DNA from: Emiliania huxleyi CCMP1516
Taxonomy: Eukaryota
Direction: 5' to 3'
Length of the DNA: 40,614 nucleotides
NCBI RefSeq assembly: GCF_000372725.1
Contig: NW_005201092.1
Span: forward strand, 718,564 to 759,177
The notes beneath the pieces were generated by a model that saw only the letters and a program-made list of their open reading frames with translations, was not told the origin of the DNA and made no database searches. Numbering within the stretch: the first letter of the stretch is position 1; the number at the start of each line of letters is the position of its first letter. Position numbers and translations under genes: made by a program. Below are positions 22,190 through 31,999 of the stretch, one piece after another.

Positions 22190-22438
22190 GCGAGTTCGTT
22201 CGTTCAGCGCGGCTCGTGGCTGAACTGCACGAACAAACTTTTGGCGATGATTTTCTTTTTTCCTAAGTTCGAACGGAGTTCACGAACGTTCGTCCGTTTT
22301 CGCAGTTCGCGCCTTCCACAGCCGTGGCGGTCCGTTCACTTTCGAGGTTCGGGCTGGGCCCCGCCGGCTGCGTTCGTTCGAGTTCGGAGTTCACGAAATC
22401 CGCGCGAACTCGAAAGGCTGTTCCCCTTTGTCCACCTG
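22190..22438. mobile_element. second GTTCG/CGAAC-rich MITE-like patch
   Basis: Same motif enrichment; right end ...cctg|TA; left end not defined. Confidence 0.35.
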
Positions 22439-22582
22439 TAGTCTTTCTTTCAGAAGCCGCAGGTGGGGGCCAAGCAACGTACGCGCGATCAACGAACGAG
22501 TCCGGAGACGCGCAGAGCGGGGCCACAGCCTCGGCTCGCGAGGCACTTGTGCTCCACCCCACACGGCCAGCGGAGCGAGACC

Positions 22583-23420
22583 CTAGGCCTTGAGTGCCAG
22601 CGCGCCGGCGGCCGTGATGGCACCCCAGACAAAGGCGCCCGCGGGCTTGAAGCCGACGCGTGTGGCGTCGAGCACCGCGAACTTGACGCAATTTGCGGCG
22701 AGGAGAGCGAGGCCGGCGCAGAGCCCCTTCTTGTGCCCCTGCTTGTCGGCGACGGCCACGTACGCCGTGTTTGCGAGCAGATTGCCGCCCGCGAGGGAGA
22801 ATAGCGCTAGGGCCATCTCGGTGGCTGGCAGCTTGTTCTTGTACGCCTCCCACGTCTTGTCGGGCGCGACGAGGGCCTGTTCGTAGCTAGAGGTGTGACC
22901 GAAAGCCTGGTTTACAGCCCGCGAGGTCGCAGCGCACCTGGGCCGCCGCGATGCCACCGAGGACGGTTCCGGGGACGACGCTCTTGACCTTGCCGGCGCG
23001 GGTCGCCTTGCCGAGCACGGCCAGGGCGGCAATCCACGCGGCGAGGGGCTCCTTTGGCCCTCCGAGGGCCTCAAAGACGGGCGCACAGGCGAGGAGTGAG
23101 GCGGCGCCTCCCGAGAGGGACATGGCCTGCGCTGCCTTGGAGCCGCCCTCGAGGCCGGCGACCGAGGTGGCGCCGAGCACAACCTGGCCGACTGCGAGAT
23201 AGCGCATCATAGCAACCTCAACTTTAGTCGGCTCCTTGTCGTAGCCGTACATCTCGATGTTGCGCTCGGGAGCCATGAAGGCGAAGGTTCCCGACGCGAC
23301 TTGGAGTAGGGCCATGCCGTTTGTCACGGTGTCGACGTCGCCGCCGCGGAGGCGGAGGTACGACGGCGTGACCGCCGAGCGGGAAGCGAGCGCAGCTGTG
23401 AGGGCGAGCAGCGAAAGCAT
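22583..23420 (-). CDS. multi-pass membrane protein with signal peptide + LRLRGG motif; 2 exons (intron 22877-22937)
   Basis: Phase-0 GT-AG splice joins ...GGIAAAQ|ALVAPDKTWEAY...; several hydrophobic helices; the two halves resemble each other (AFMAPERNIEMY vs ALVAPDKTWEAY). Confidence 0.8.
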
Positions 23421-24410
23421 ATTGTCAGGGGTGCACTGGCGTGCCCAAGGCCGACGGTACGCCGAGTTTGCCCGCCAAAAAGAATCTTAGAACAAAACTC
23501 CCTCGCACAACACTGGGCACGGGACTGGCGCGCACTGGCACGAACACAGGTACACCAAAAAGAAAGCCTAAGCGCTTGGGCCCTCGGGGAGGGCCTGCGG
23601 GCGGCCTTCTCTCGAGGTCTCGAGATACACAGAGCGGCCAAGCGCCGAGTAAATGAGGGAGCTCTGTGCTGCGTGTAATGGACGCCCATACACCGTGAGT
23701 TTTTATAATCCTATCCTATTATACTACACACCGTCCGGTCCGTGTTTGATTTAAGGTTTGTTGTTGGCAAGTCAAGACACAGAGGTCAGAGCTCACACAG
23801 AATCACAGCGGGAGGAAAGCGGCGAGTCGCACGCAATTCCTGGGGTCCTTGTGGCGGGCCACCCTGTCCAGCCAGCCAGCCAGAAAGGCATGGATGCCAA
23901 TCAATCTGGGGTCTCTCGACCGAGTCTATGATCCCTGGCCGCCTCCCGGTGGTGGCAAGGTTGTAAAACCGAGCAACGGAGATGGTGCGGGAGAGTACGG
24001 TTGTTCCAGGGGGTCACGACACGCACCGACCCTTCACGAACCGAAAGGCTGTGCCCGGGGAAGGCACAGTAATCCGGCACGTGTTGGGCGCCCCATTCCG
24101 TTTGGCGGCTAGGTCGGCTCAGGGCCCCGTCCACTTCCCTCCCACTTGGCGCGTGATGATCAGGAGATGCCACCCAGGCTGCTCCCAGGCCAGCCAGGGC
24201 AGGGGCGGAGGGCGAGGGCGGAGGGCGGGATGGGCGCCAAGCGGCAGGGAGCGGGCGGAGTGGAACGCACAGATGGGGATGGCGAGGGCGGAGGGGCGGG
24301 AAGCGGGGAGGACGGCGGGAGGGTGGAAGTTGGCATGGGCGGGCGGTGGGTGGTTTGGTAGGGCGGGGGAGAGGGCGAGGGGTGCAGTAGGGGGGCGGTG
24401 GGGGCGAGGG

Positions 24411-24510
24411 NNNNNNNNNNNNNNNNNNNNNNNNNNNNNNNNNNNNNNNNNNNNNNNNNNNNNNNNNNNNNNNNNNNNNNNNNNNNNNNNNNNNNNNNNN
24501 NNNNNNNNNN
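24411..24510. other. assembly gap (100 N)
   Basis: N run. Confidence 1.
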
Positions 24511-25265
24511 CGGCGGCGGTGTGGTGGAGGCCGAGGGCGGCGGCGGCGCGTGGGCGAGGTAGAGGGCGGCGGCGGCATGGGAGAGGTGGAGGGCGGCGGA
24601 GGCGTGGGCGAGGTGGAGGGCGGCGGCGGCGTGAGCGGCGGCGGCGGCGGTGTGGGGGAGGTGGAGGGTGGCGGCGGCGCGGGCGAGGTGGAGGGCGGCG
24701 GCGGCGTGAGCGGCGGCGGCGGCAGTGTGTGGGAGGTGGAGGGCGGCGGCGGCGTGGGCGAGGTGGGGGGGCGGCGGCGGCGTGAGCGGCGGCGGCGGCG
24801 GTGTGGTGGAGGTGGAGGGCGGCGGAGGCGTGGGCGAGGTGGGGGGGTTGGCGGCGGCGTGAGCGGCGGCGGCGGCGGTGTGGAGGAGGTGGAGGGCGGC
24901 GGCGGCGTGAGCGGCGGCAGCGGCGGTGTGGGCGAGGTGGAGGGCGGCGGCGGCGTGAGCGGCGGCAGCGGCGGTGTGGGCGAGATGGAGGGCGGCGGAG
25001 GCGTGGGCGAGGTGGAGGGCTGCGGCGGCGTGAACGGCGGCGGCGGCGGTGGGGAGAAGGTGGAGGCTGGCGGCGGGGTGGGGGCGGCGGCGTGAGCGGC
25101 GGCGGCGGCGGTGTGGGCGAGGTGGAGGGCGGCGGAGGCGTGGGCGAGGTGGAGGGCGGCGGTGGCGTGAGCAGCGGCGGCGGTGGTGTGGGGAAGGTGG
25201 AGGGCGGCGGCGGCGTGAGCGAGGTGGAGGGCGGCGGTGGCGTGAGGGTGAGCAGCGGCGGCGGT
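24511..25265. repeat. G-rich composite minisatellite (gtgggcgaggtggagggcggcggcggc / gtgagcggcggcggcggcggt units)
   Basis: Alternating 27- and 21-bp units with frame-breaking indels; probably intronic. Confidence 0.85.
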
Positions 25266-25349
25266 AGACCAAAGAGAAGGAGCCTGAAGCGGCCAGGGCT
25301 AGCATGGCTACTAGCCTGAGACGTGGGGCAGCGAGGTCAGTCAGAAGCA

Positions 25350-25985
25350 CCTGCGCAGCGCGATCTGGTCGTCAGGGACAACATCGTTCGCGCGGATCCA
25401 TTCCTGGAGGAGCCAGCGAGTGCGCTCGTTGTTGCGCGGGATCACGTAGAATCCTGCATTCACCTATGGTGCCCGTGGGGGGAGCGGGCGGTGAGGGCAC
25501 TTGTGAAGCGGCCCAGAAGTCGATCTCCCGGAGGTGTCCACCGGCATCTCGCGCATGAACAGGATGTCGCTGCTCAGATGATACACCTGCGGCGGCTGCA
25601 AGAGACTGCTTGTCGGACAGCCGATACCAGGACGCCCAGGGCCATACCAACTGTTGGTGAATTTTGGAGAGTTGTCGGGGGCGCAAGCCTTGTCGAGCAG
25701 AGCTGAGTATGGCCGCAGCGGAATCACATCGAGGTCGCTGAACAGGACGGCCTCGGCGTCGGCGCTCGGCCGACCAAGCACGCTGCTCACCCAGGCCAGC
25801 CGCGCCTTCCACAACGCACCCCTGTCGGGGCTGGCCACCTTTGAGGCGTTGTGGGCGTGAAGCCGCAGCCGCACGGCGTAGGAGGTGGTTGTGTCGCGCG
25901 TGGCCATTGCAGAGAGCCACTGGAGCCAGCAGGCGAGTGCGGCGGCCGACTCTTTAGTCGCGAACCCGAGGAGCTGGACTACCAT
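25350..25985 (-). CDS. nucleotide-diphospho-sugar glycosyltransferase (GT-A fold, GT77/GT34-like), 5' exons; 3' end unresolved
   Basis: WKARLAWV...VLFSDLDV (DxD motif), then spliced DILFMREMP|VNAGFYVI...WLLQEW...DDQIAL. This is the K / DxD / NxG / DQ motif order of these families. Confidence 0.75.
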
Positions 25986-26286
25986 ACAGGAGGGACGCGC
26001 GAGTTTCGCGGGGGGCAGCCCGAGTTTGAAATTGAATTCCTTCCCAAAAGAATTTACAACCAGAACGATCAACGAAAAGAACTCTCTCTCTCTCTCTCAC
26101 CGACACAGGAAGAATATCAATCAATCAAAAGAATGGTACCCCGTACTGGCTGGCGCCATCGGAACAAACTACGGGGTGTGGAGGGTGAGTTGACCAAGGG
26201 GTTGTGCGCCGGGCCCTCCTGCCTGCCGAGGGCAGCTTTCAGGAGCCGTCTGCTCCCCAAGCAAGTAGCAGAGCTGCACCGCGCGC

Positions 26287-29200
26287 TCACCACATCCACG
26301 AAAACCAGCCCTTCTCCTCCTCCTCCTCCTCGACGCTCACCTTGACGTCCATGGCACCGTCCCGTGCCACGCCGCCCGTCGCAATCGTCGCCGGGATCTG
26401 CGACGCGGCCGCGCTGCTCCCCGCGCCGGCGCTCCCTCCGTCGCTCCCTCCGGCGCTCCCTCCGGCGCTCCCTCCGGCGCTCCCTCCGGCGCTCCCTCCG
26501 GCGCTCCCTCCGGCGCTCCCTCCGGCGCTCACGGGAGGCGACGTGTTCGACGTGGCTCGCTGCTTGCCACGCGCCTTGGCCGACAGGACCGGCTGCGCGT
26601 TGGCGGCCGTCGGTGCGCCGCTCACGCCGGCAGCTGCCCCGGGGGTTGCTAGCTCCTCTAGCATGGCTACATGCAACACGTGGTTCTCGGCGGCGCCTGC
26701 GCCCTCGCTCTGCCGGCGACTCTGGTCCGCATCCGAGCCCTCGCTCTGCTTGCCACTCCGGCGAGCGCTCCTCGGCGACTCTGCGTGGAACTCTGCGAGC
26801 CATCGGCGAAGATGGCGACTCACAGAGGCCTCGCTGCGAGCGCTCTCGCTGCGAGCGCTCTCGCCGCTGCGAGCGCTCTCGCGGCTGCGAGCGCTTCGCC
26901 GCGACCACGTGTTGTTCCATTTGTTCCAACTGTAACCACTCTGCCAGCTTAGGCGACTCTGGTCCGGATCCGAGCGCTCGCTCTGCCGGCCACTATCCCG
27001 ATCGCTCTGGCCATATCTGTTCCAGCTCTGCCGGCCACTAGCCCGATCGCTCTGGCCATATCTGTTCCAGCTTCGGCGACTCTGGCTATCCCGGGATTCG
27101 CCTTGCTGGAGCGGGCGCCGCCGAACGAGCCGTGCCACCGACATGAAGTGGAGGAGCTGCTTCTGCTTCCGCCAGAGCAGTCCCGCATCGCACGGCGCGG
27201 CTCCCATCCGGCGCAGCACGTGGCGCAGGCTCACCTTCCGGTGCTCGGGCGAGCCGTAGAGGGGTATGGCGAGCGCGTTGTAGAGGCTGTAGGGAGGCTG
27301 CAGCAGCACTTGCGGCGTCTGCCCTTGAAAGAAAGTGGAGAAGGGGCAGCCTCCGAGGGTGGGCGTCTGCTCGTGCACCATCGCGATCGTGATTTTCCGG
27401 TCCATTGCCGCCTGCACCAGCCGCGCGACGGTGCCGTCTTGGTCGTACCACAGGCGGTCCGTCATGTAGAGCAGGAGCACGTGACGAGAATCGTCGACGA
27501 GATTCTCGAGCGCGTCGTCCGCCTCGCGGATGGCCACGACGCCGTCCTTGGCTACCTTTGGCGCCAGCGCGCGCCCCGTCTTGGCCGCCTCCTGGACCTC
27601 CTCCGCCACGGACCAGGCGCCGTCGTTGTCGCGGCACACGAGGATGGTGACGGGGCCGACAAAGGCGTACGGAGGAACCTCCCCCGGCACCATCGCGCCC
27701 GCGGTGAGGATATTGGGGCTTCTCATGTAGTACGGGGAGTGTCTCAGCATGCGCAGCGCGATGGACTTGAGCGACTCGAGCTGGAAGGCTTTCACCCGCA
27801 CCCACAGGATCGGGTCCTCCTTTTCAAAGATACGGAACACCATCTCGGCCGGCCCTAAGTAGGAGGGGTAAGTGCCCAATCCGGCGTCGTCGACGCAGTG
27901 CGCGCGGCACTCGGCCTTGAGCACCTCGAGCGCTGCGCCGCCCTTCTCGACATCGGCCTCGTGAATCGGGATGAAGGGCCGGTCCAAGGCGAGGCCCGCG
28001 TAGAGCTCGCGGCGGCAGTTGCGGCTTTTGAAGTAGCCCACTGACAGAAAGACGAGGAAGGTGGTGGCGTCGGCGACCGACTCCTCGAGGGCTCCGAGGT
28101 TCTTCAGGCAATCCACATCCAGCCAGATCCTCGCCTCGGGCAGCAGCAGCTTCATCTGCCGAACGATGGTGTGCGTCTGGTCTTGCCCCGTGGACCAGAT
28201 GTGGCTGATGAAGCCGTGGAAGTGGCACTTCTTGGACAGGTCCATCACCGGGGGGCGTCTGTTCGAGAGAAGCCGGATGGTGGGCGCGCGGATGGCGCTG
28301 ATGGACTTTAAGACGACGAGGACAAGCGACACGGCGAGCGTCGTTACGGTGAGCACGATGACAAACGCGCTCGCGCCGCGCGCGCTCGGGAAGCCCACGA
28401 GCGTGTCGCACATGTCCTCGTAAGCGGCGCTCTCGCAGATCTGAACCACGGTGCCGAGGACGAAGCAGCAGGTAAGCAGCAGGTTGGCGGTGCACGCGAG
28501 GTAGAAGTCGTCGAAGCGCTTGAAAGGCTTGACGAGGGCGAGGGCGGTGAGGAAGAGGGCCGAGACGACAGAGGCGACGACGAGGCGAAGCAGCTTGGAC
28601 GACCCGTCGTCTGTCTGGATGAAGAGCACCAGCGAAGCGAGGAAGAGCTTCCGGTACATGTCGGCAAGCTCCCAGTAGTGGAAGCGAGCGTTGTAGTCGC
28701 GCCAAAGGAAGCGGCAGGCGCGAGAGAGCCTTGTCACACGCAGGACCCGCACGTCGCGGCGGATCCAGAGCAGCAAGCCGAGGAGCACAAGCGGGACCAG
28801 CACCGGCCAAAGCACGAAGAAGGCCCAAAAGTAGGCGTCGAGCCCGCGGTACATCTCGTCGTCGGAGCGGCAGAGCACCTCGAGGTCGGCCACGAGGTAG
28901 CTGCGTCGCGCGGTCGCGTCAAAAACGCTGATGCCAAACGACTCGCACATACGTGCCTTGAAGATGGAGCGAGAGACGGAGGGAAGAACGAAGTAGGCAA
29001 CGAGGATCGCCAGGTACAGGATCCGGCTCTGCGTCCCTCGGACAAGTTCGCGCCAGCGTAGGTGGTTGAGCTCCGAAACGGAGACCACACCATCGCCATC
29101 TGTGTCGATGACGTCGACGTCCTCGATGTGGTCGGGGGTGCCGTCACCGTCCATGTCGACGGCGACGACACCACGGTCGGGGATGCCGTCACCGTCCGCG

Positions 29201-31863
29201 TCGACGGCGACGACACCACGCGTACCAGACATGCCACCGCCGTCCCGGCCACCGTCGCCTTCGCCGTCCCCGCCACCGTCGCCTTCTCCGTCGCCCTCAT
29301 CAGAGACTCGACCTCCTGCCCCTCCTGCTCTGCCAGAACCGGATTTCCGGAGCGAAAGCCCTACTGTTAGCGCATGGGCGGCAATAGCGGCGCTTCCGAG
29401 CAAAATGACGGCAAATGGCCACAGAGCGGCGAGCAGCAGCCGGTGGCTCATCGAGCCGATGCAAGCGTCCGGGTAGGTCAAGCCGAGGAGGTCGAAACTG
29501 AAGAATTCGAGGACGCTCATCCAATCGCGAAAGTCTTCGTGCAGTCGAGCGCCGTACACGGGGCCGAGCGTCGTTGCGACCTGGTAAAAGCTGACCACAA
29601 TCTTCAACTTGGGTTGAATCCCGACGCGCGCCTCAAGTTGGCTGAGCCGGGTCGCCACCGCTGGGCCAAAGATGCGGCGGAGCGCCTTGACGGCGATGCG
29701 GCTGACTGCTTGGTAGGAGAGGAATATCGTCCCTGCGAGAGCGACGAGCGCTGCTGCTAGGATGCCAAACCGCCACAGCGTCGGGCAGTCGGCGCAGCCT
29801 CCCTCCTTACGGCTGAAGTACTGCTCGTTACTCACGCACCACTCGCAGAGCGGGCCCGTGTGGCCCGCATCGCAGCCTGCGCCAGTGAGAGCGTCAGAGC
29901 CCACGTCGCCGTAGTCGAGGCGGCGGTGGGAGTGCTCCGCGTTTCCCGCACTTCCCGAGCCGCTGCAGTGCTCGGAGGCGACGCACTTGTGGAGCTCAGT
30001 GGTCTGGTTCGAAGCGCGCCAGTAGCCGCGCGGGAAGCCGAGGGCCTCGAGAGTGGTGTTGGGCGAGCTGCAATCGGCGTTTGGCGGGCACGGCTTGCAG
30101 TGCTCGGTCGGGGATTCGAAGATGACGACCGGAAGGGCGCTCACATCCTGCAGGTAGTAGCCCGTCTTGCAGATGGAGCAGGTGACGCCGCCGATTCTGC
30201 TGCTCAAGGGATGCGGACACGGGATGCACTCGCCCTGTCCAGGGTTGGCGGCGTATGTTCCGGCTACACATTTGCTGCAGAAGGCGCCGCCAGCGCCGGA
30301 GGAGCCAGGCGCACAGCTGTCGCACTCGGAGAGGCCTTCCGTGGCGGCAAAAGTGCCAGGCGAGCACGGCGTCGGCTTGGTGGACCCCGTGGTGGCAAAG
30401 TAGCCCTTCTCGGCGAAAGTGCACTGCGATGCGTCCTCGAGGTCCGTCCTGCTCGAATAGCTTCCCGCCTCGCACGGTAGCGGCGACGCCGCACCCGGCT
30501 TGCAATAGCTGCCAGGGACGCACGCGCGGCAACCCTTTCCACCCGTGTCGTCTTGGTATGTGCCACCCGAGCAGCTGGCGCACTCGGAGAGGCGCTCTGT
30601 GGCAGCGTAGCTGCCCGCCGCGCACTGCCTCGGAGGCGCGGCGCCGCCCGGGCACGACGAGCCCGCCGGACAATCGAAGCAGTCTGGCAAGCCGTCTCCG
30701 TCCGTCATGTTGGCGTACGTGCCCGGCTCGCACGTCGCGGGCAGCTCGAGCGACGCGCCGACCGGGCAGAAGCTGCCAAGCCCGCACGGGACGCAGTCAG
30801 CAGCGCCGGCGTCGCTCTGGTAGGTTCCCGCCTTGCAAGGCTCGCACTCGGCGTTGCCCAAGCCGAGGGAGAAGCTGCCGGGGAGGCATGCGATCGGAAC
30901 CACGGCGCCAGTGGTGCAAGCGTGGCCCTGTGGGCAAACCTCACAATCGCCCGCCGACTCGAGGTCCGTCCTGTTCGAGTAGCTGCCAGCCTCGCACGGG
31001 AGCGGCGCCGCCGCGCCCTGTGGGCAGTAGCTGCCCGGCAAACACGCCTTGCACGCCGTGGCGCCGCCGTCGTCCTGATACTCGCCCGCAGGGCACTTCT
31101 CACAAATGCCGTGCCCCTCGCGTGCGGCAAGAGTACCCGGCGAACACGGCACCGGCTCGGTGCTGCCGGTTGAGCAGGCGTGGCCCGCAGGGCAGGCGGT
31201 ACACTCGTCCGGCGCGCCGAGGTCTGTGGCGTTCGAGAAGGAGCCGGCAGGACAGGGCAGTGGCGCCGCCGCGCCTTCTGGGCAGTAGCTTCCTTGCATA
31301 CACGCCTTGCACGCCGTGGCGCCGCCGTCGTCCTGATACTCGCCCGCAGGGCACTTGTCGCATGCCTCCATCCGCTCGAATGGCGCGATCGTGCCCTCTG
31401 CGCACTCTGTCGGCACTGCGGCGCCGCCTGCGCAGAAAAAGCCAGGCGCGCAAGGCTCGCAATCGTCCAGGCTGAGCACCGCACTGTCCGAGCTGTTGCT
31501 GAACGTGCCAGATGCGCAATTCGACGGCAGCTCGAGGCTGCTTCCTGCAGGGCAAAAGGTGCCGCGGTTGCACTCGAGGCAGCCAGCCGCGCCCGACGAC
31601 GGCTGGTACGTGCCCTGGTCGCAAGGGGAGCACACATCTGTCCCGCCCTCAGCATACGTCCCCGGCGAGCACTCCGTCGGCGGCGCGCCGCCGCCACCGC
31701 ACGACTGGCCCGGGGGACAGACAAAGCACTCTGGGATGCCGTCGTCGTCTGTCAAGTTGGCGTACTCGCCAGGCTTGCACGTTGCGGCCAACTCGTTCGA
31801 CGCGCCCTGCGGGCAGAAGCTGCCCGCCCGGCAGCGGATGCACGTCTCGTTGGCTGGCTGGTC
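26287..31863 (-). CDS. giant receptor, last exon: Cys-rich (GCC2_GCC3/ephrin-receptor-like) repeats, about 9-TM domain, DxDxDG loop, tandem TIR-like domains, repetitive tail
   Basis: Many CxxCxxGxY/F repeats; TM block with LKIVVSFYQV, YLVADLEVLC and FLWRDY...YWELADMYRKL; TIR motifs FISHIW, IWLDVD, FLVFLSVGYFKSRNCRREL. Confidence 0.9.
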   Translation of the reverse strand, partial: DQPANETCIRCRAGSFCPQGASNELAATCKPGEYANLTDDDGIPECFVCPPGQSCGGGGAPPTECSPGTYAEGGTDVCSPCDQGTYQPSSGAAGCLECNRGTFCPAGSSLELPSNCASGTFSNSSDSAVLSLDDCEPCAPGFFCAGGAAVPTECAEGTIAPFERMEACDKCPAGEYQDDGGATACKACMQGSYCPEGAAAPLPCPAGSFSNATDLGAPDECTACPAGHACSTGSTEPVPCSPGTLAAREGHGICEKCPAGEYQDDGGATACKACLPGSYCPQGAAAPLPCEAGSYSNRTDLESAGDCEVCPQGHACTTGAVVPIACLPGSFSLGLGNAECEPCKAGTYQSDAGAADCVPCGLGSFCPVGASLELPATCEPGTYANMTDGDGLPDCFDCPAGSSCPGGAAPPRQCAAGSYAATERLSECASCSGGTYQDDTGGKGCRACVPGSYCKPGAASPLPCEAGSYSSRTDLEDASQCTFAEKGYFATTGSTKPTPCSPGTFAATEGLSECDSCAPGSSGAGGAFCSKCVAGTYAANPGQGECIPCPHPLSSRIGGVTCSICKTGYYLQDVSALPVVIFESPTEHCKPCPPNADCSSPNTTLEALGFPRGYWRASNQTTELHKCVASEHCSGSGSAGNAEHSHRRLDYGDVGSDALTGAGCDAGHTGPLCEWCVSNEQYFSRKEGGCADCPTLWRFGILAAALVALAGTIFLSYQAVSRIAVKALRRIFGPAVATRLSQLEARVGIQPKLKIVVSFYQVATTLGPVYGARLHEDFRDWMSVLEFFSFDLLGLTYPDACIGSMSHRLLLAALWPFAVILLGSAAIAAHALTVGLSLRKSGSGRAGGAGGRVSDEGDGEGDGGGDGEGDGGRDGGGMSGTRGVVAVDADGDGIPDRGVVAVDMDGDGTPDHIEDVDVIDTDGDGVVSVSELNHLRWRELVRGTQSRILYLAILVAYFVLPSVSRSIFKARMCESFGISVFDATARRSYLVADLEVLCRSDDEMYRGLDAYFWAFFVLWPVLVPLVLLGLLLWIRRDVRVLRVTRLSRACRFLWRDYNARFHYWELADMYRKLFLASLVLFIQTDDGSSKLLRLVVASVVSALFLTALALVKPFKRFDDFYLACTANLLLTCCFVLGTVVQICESAAYEDMCDTLVGFPSARGASAFVIVLTVTTLAVSLVLVVLKSISAIRAPTIRLLSNRRPPVMDLSKKCHFHGFISHIWSTGQDQTHTIVRQMKLLLPEARIWLDVDCLKNLGALEESVADATTFLVFLSVGYFKSRNCRRELYAGLALDRPFIPIHEADVEKGGAALEVLKAECRAHCVDDAGLGTYPSYLGPAEMVFRIFEKEDPILWVRVKAFQLESLKSIALRMLRHSPYYMRSPNILTAGAMVPGEVPPYAFVGPVTILVCRDNDGAWSVAEEVQEAAKTGRALAPKVAKDGVVAIREADDALENLVDDSRHVLLLYMTDRLWYDQDGTVARLVQAAMDRKITIAMVHEQTPTLGGCPFSTFFQGQTPQVLLQPPYSLYNALAIPLYGSPEHRKVSLRHVLRRMGAAPCDAGLLWRKQKQLLHFMSVARLVRRRPLQQGESRDSQSRRSWNRYGQSDRASGRQSWNRYGQSDRDSGRQSERSDPDQSRLSWQSGYSWNKWNNTWSRRSARSRESARSGESARSESARSEASVSRHLRRWLAEFHAESPRSARRSGKQSEGSDADQSRRQSEGAGAAENHVLHVAMLEELATPGAAAGVSGAPTAANAQPVLSAKARGKQRATSNTSPPVSAGGSAGGSAGGSAGGSAGGSAGGSAGGSDGGSAGAGSSAAASQIPATIATGGVARDGAMDVKVSVEEEEEEKGWFSWMW
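26428..26530. repeat. 12-bp coding tandem repeat (gctccctccggc), about 8 copies, encoding SAGG
   Basis: Read directly. Confidence 0.9.
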
Positions 31864-31999
31864 CTGGGCGGGGAGGGGGGAGGGGGTCGGGTGGAGAGGG
31901 CGGCGGGGGAGGGCGGCGGAGAGGGCGGCAGGGAGAGGGAGTGGTGGTGGGGCGGGCGGTGGGGCGGGCGGTGGGGCGGGCGGCGGGGAGGGCGAAGAC

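Noticed and set aside
24160..25350. 396-aa His/Ala/Pro-rich ORF and Gly-rich antisense ORFs
   Set aside because: Translations of a minisatellite whose frame shifts repeatedly.
25464..25560. Apparent frameshift in the glycosyltransferase
   Set aside because: A phase-0 GT donor after ...MREMP joins cleanly to VNAGFY.
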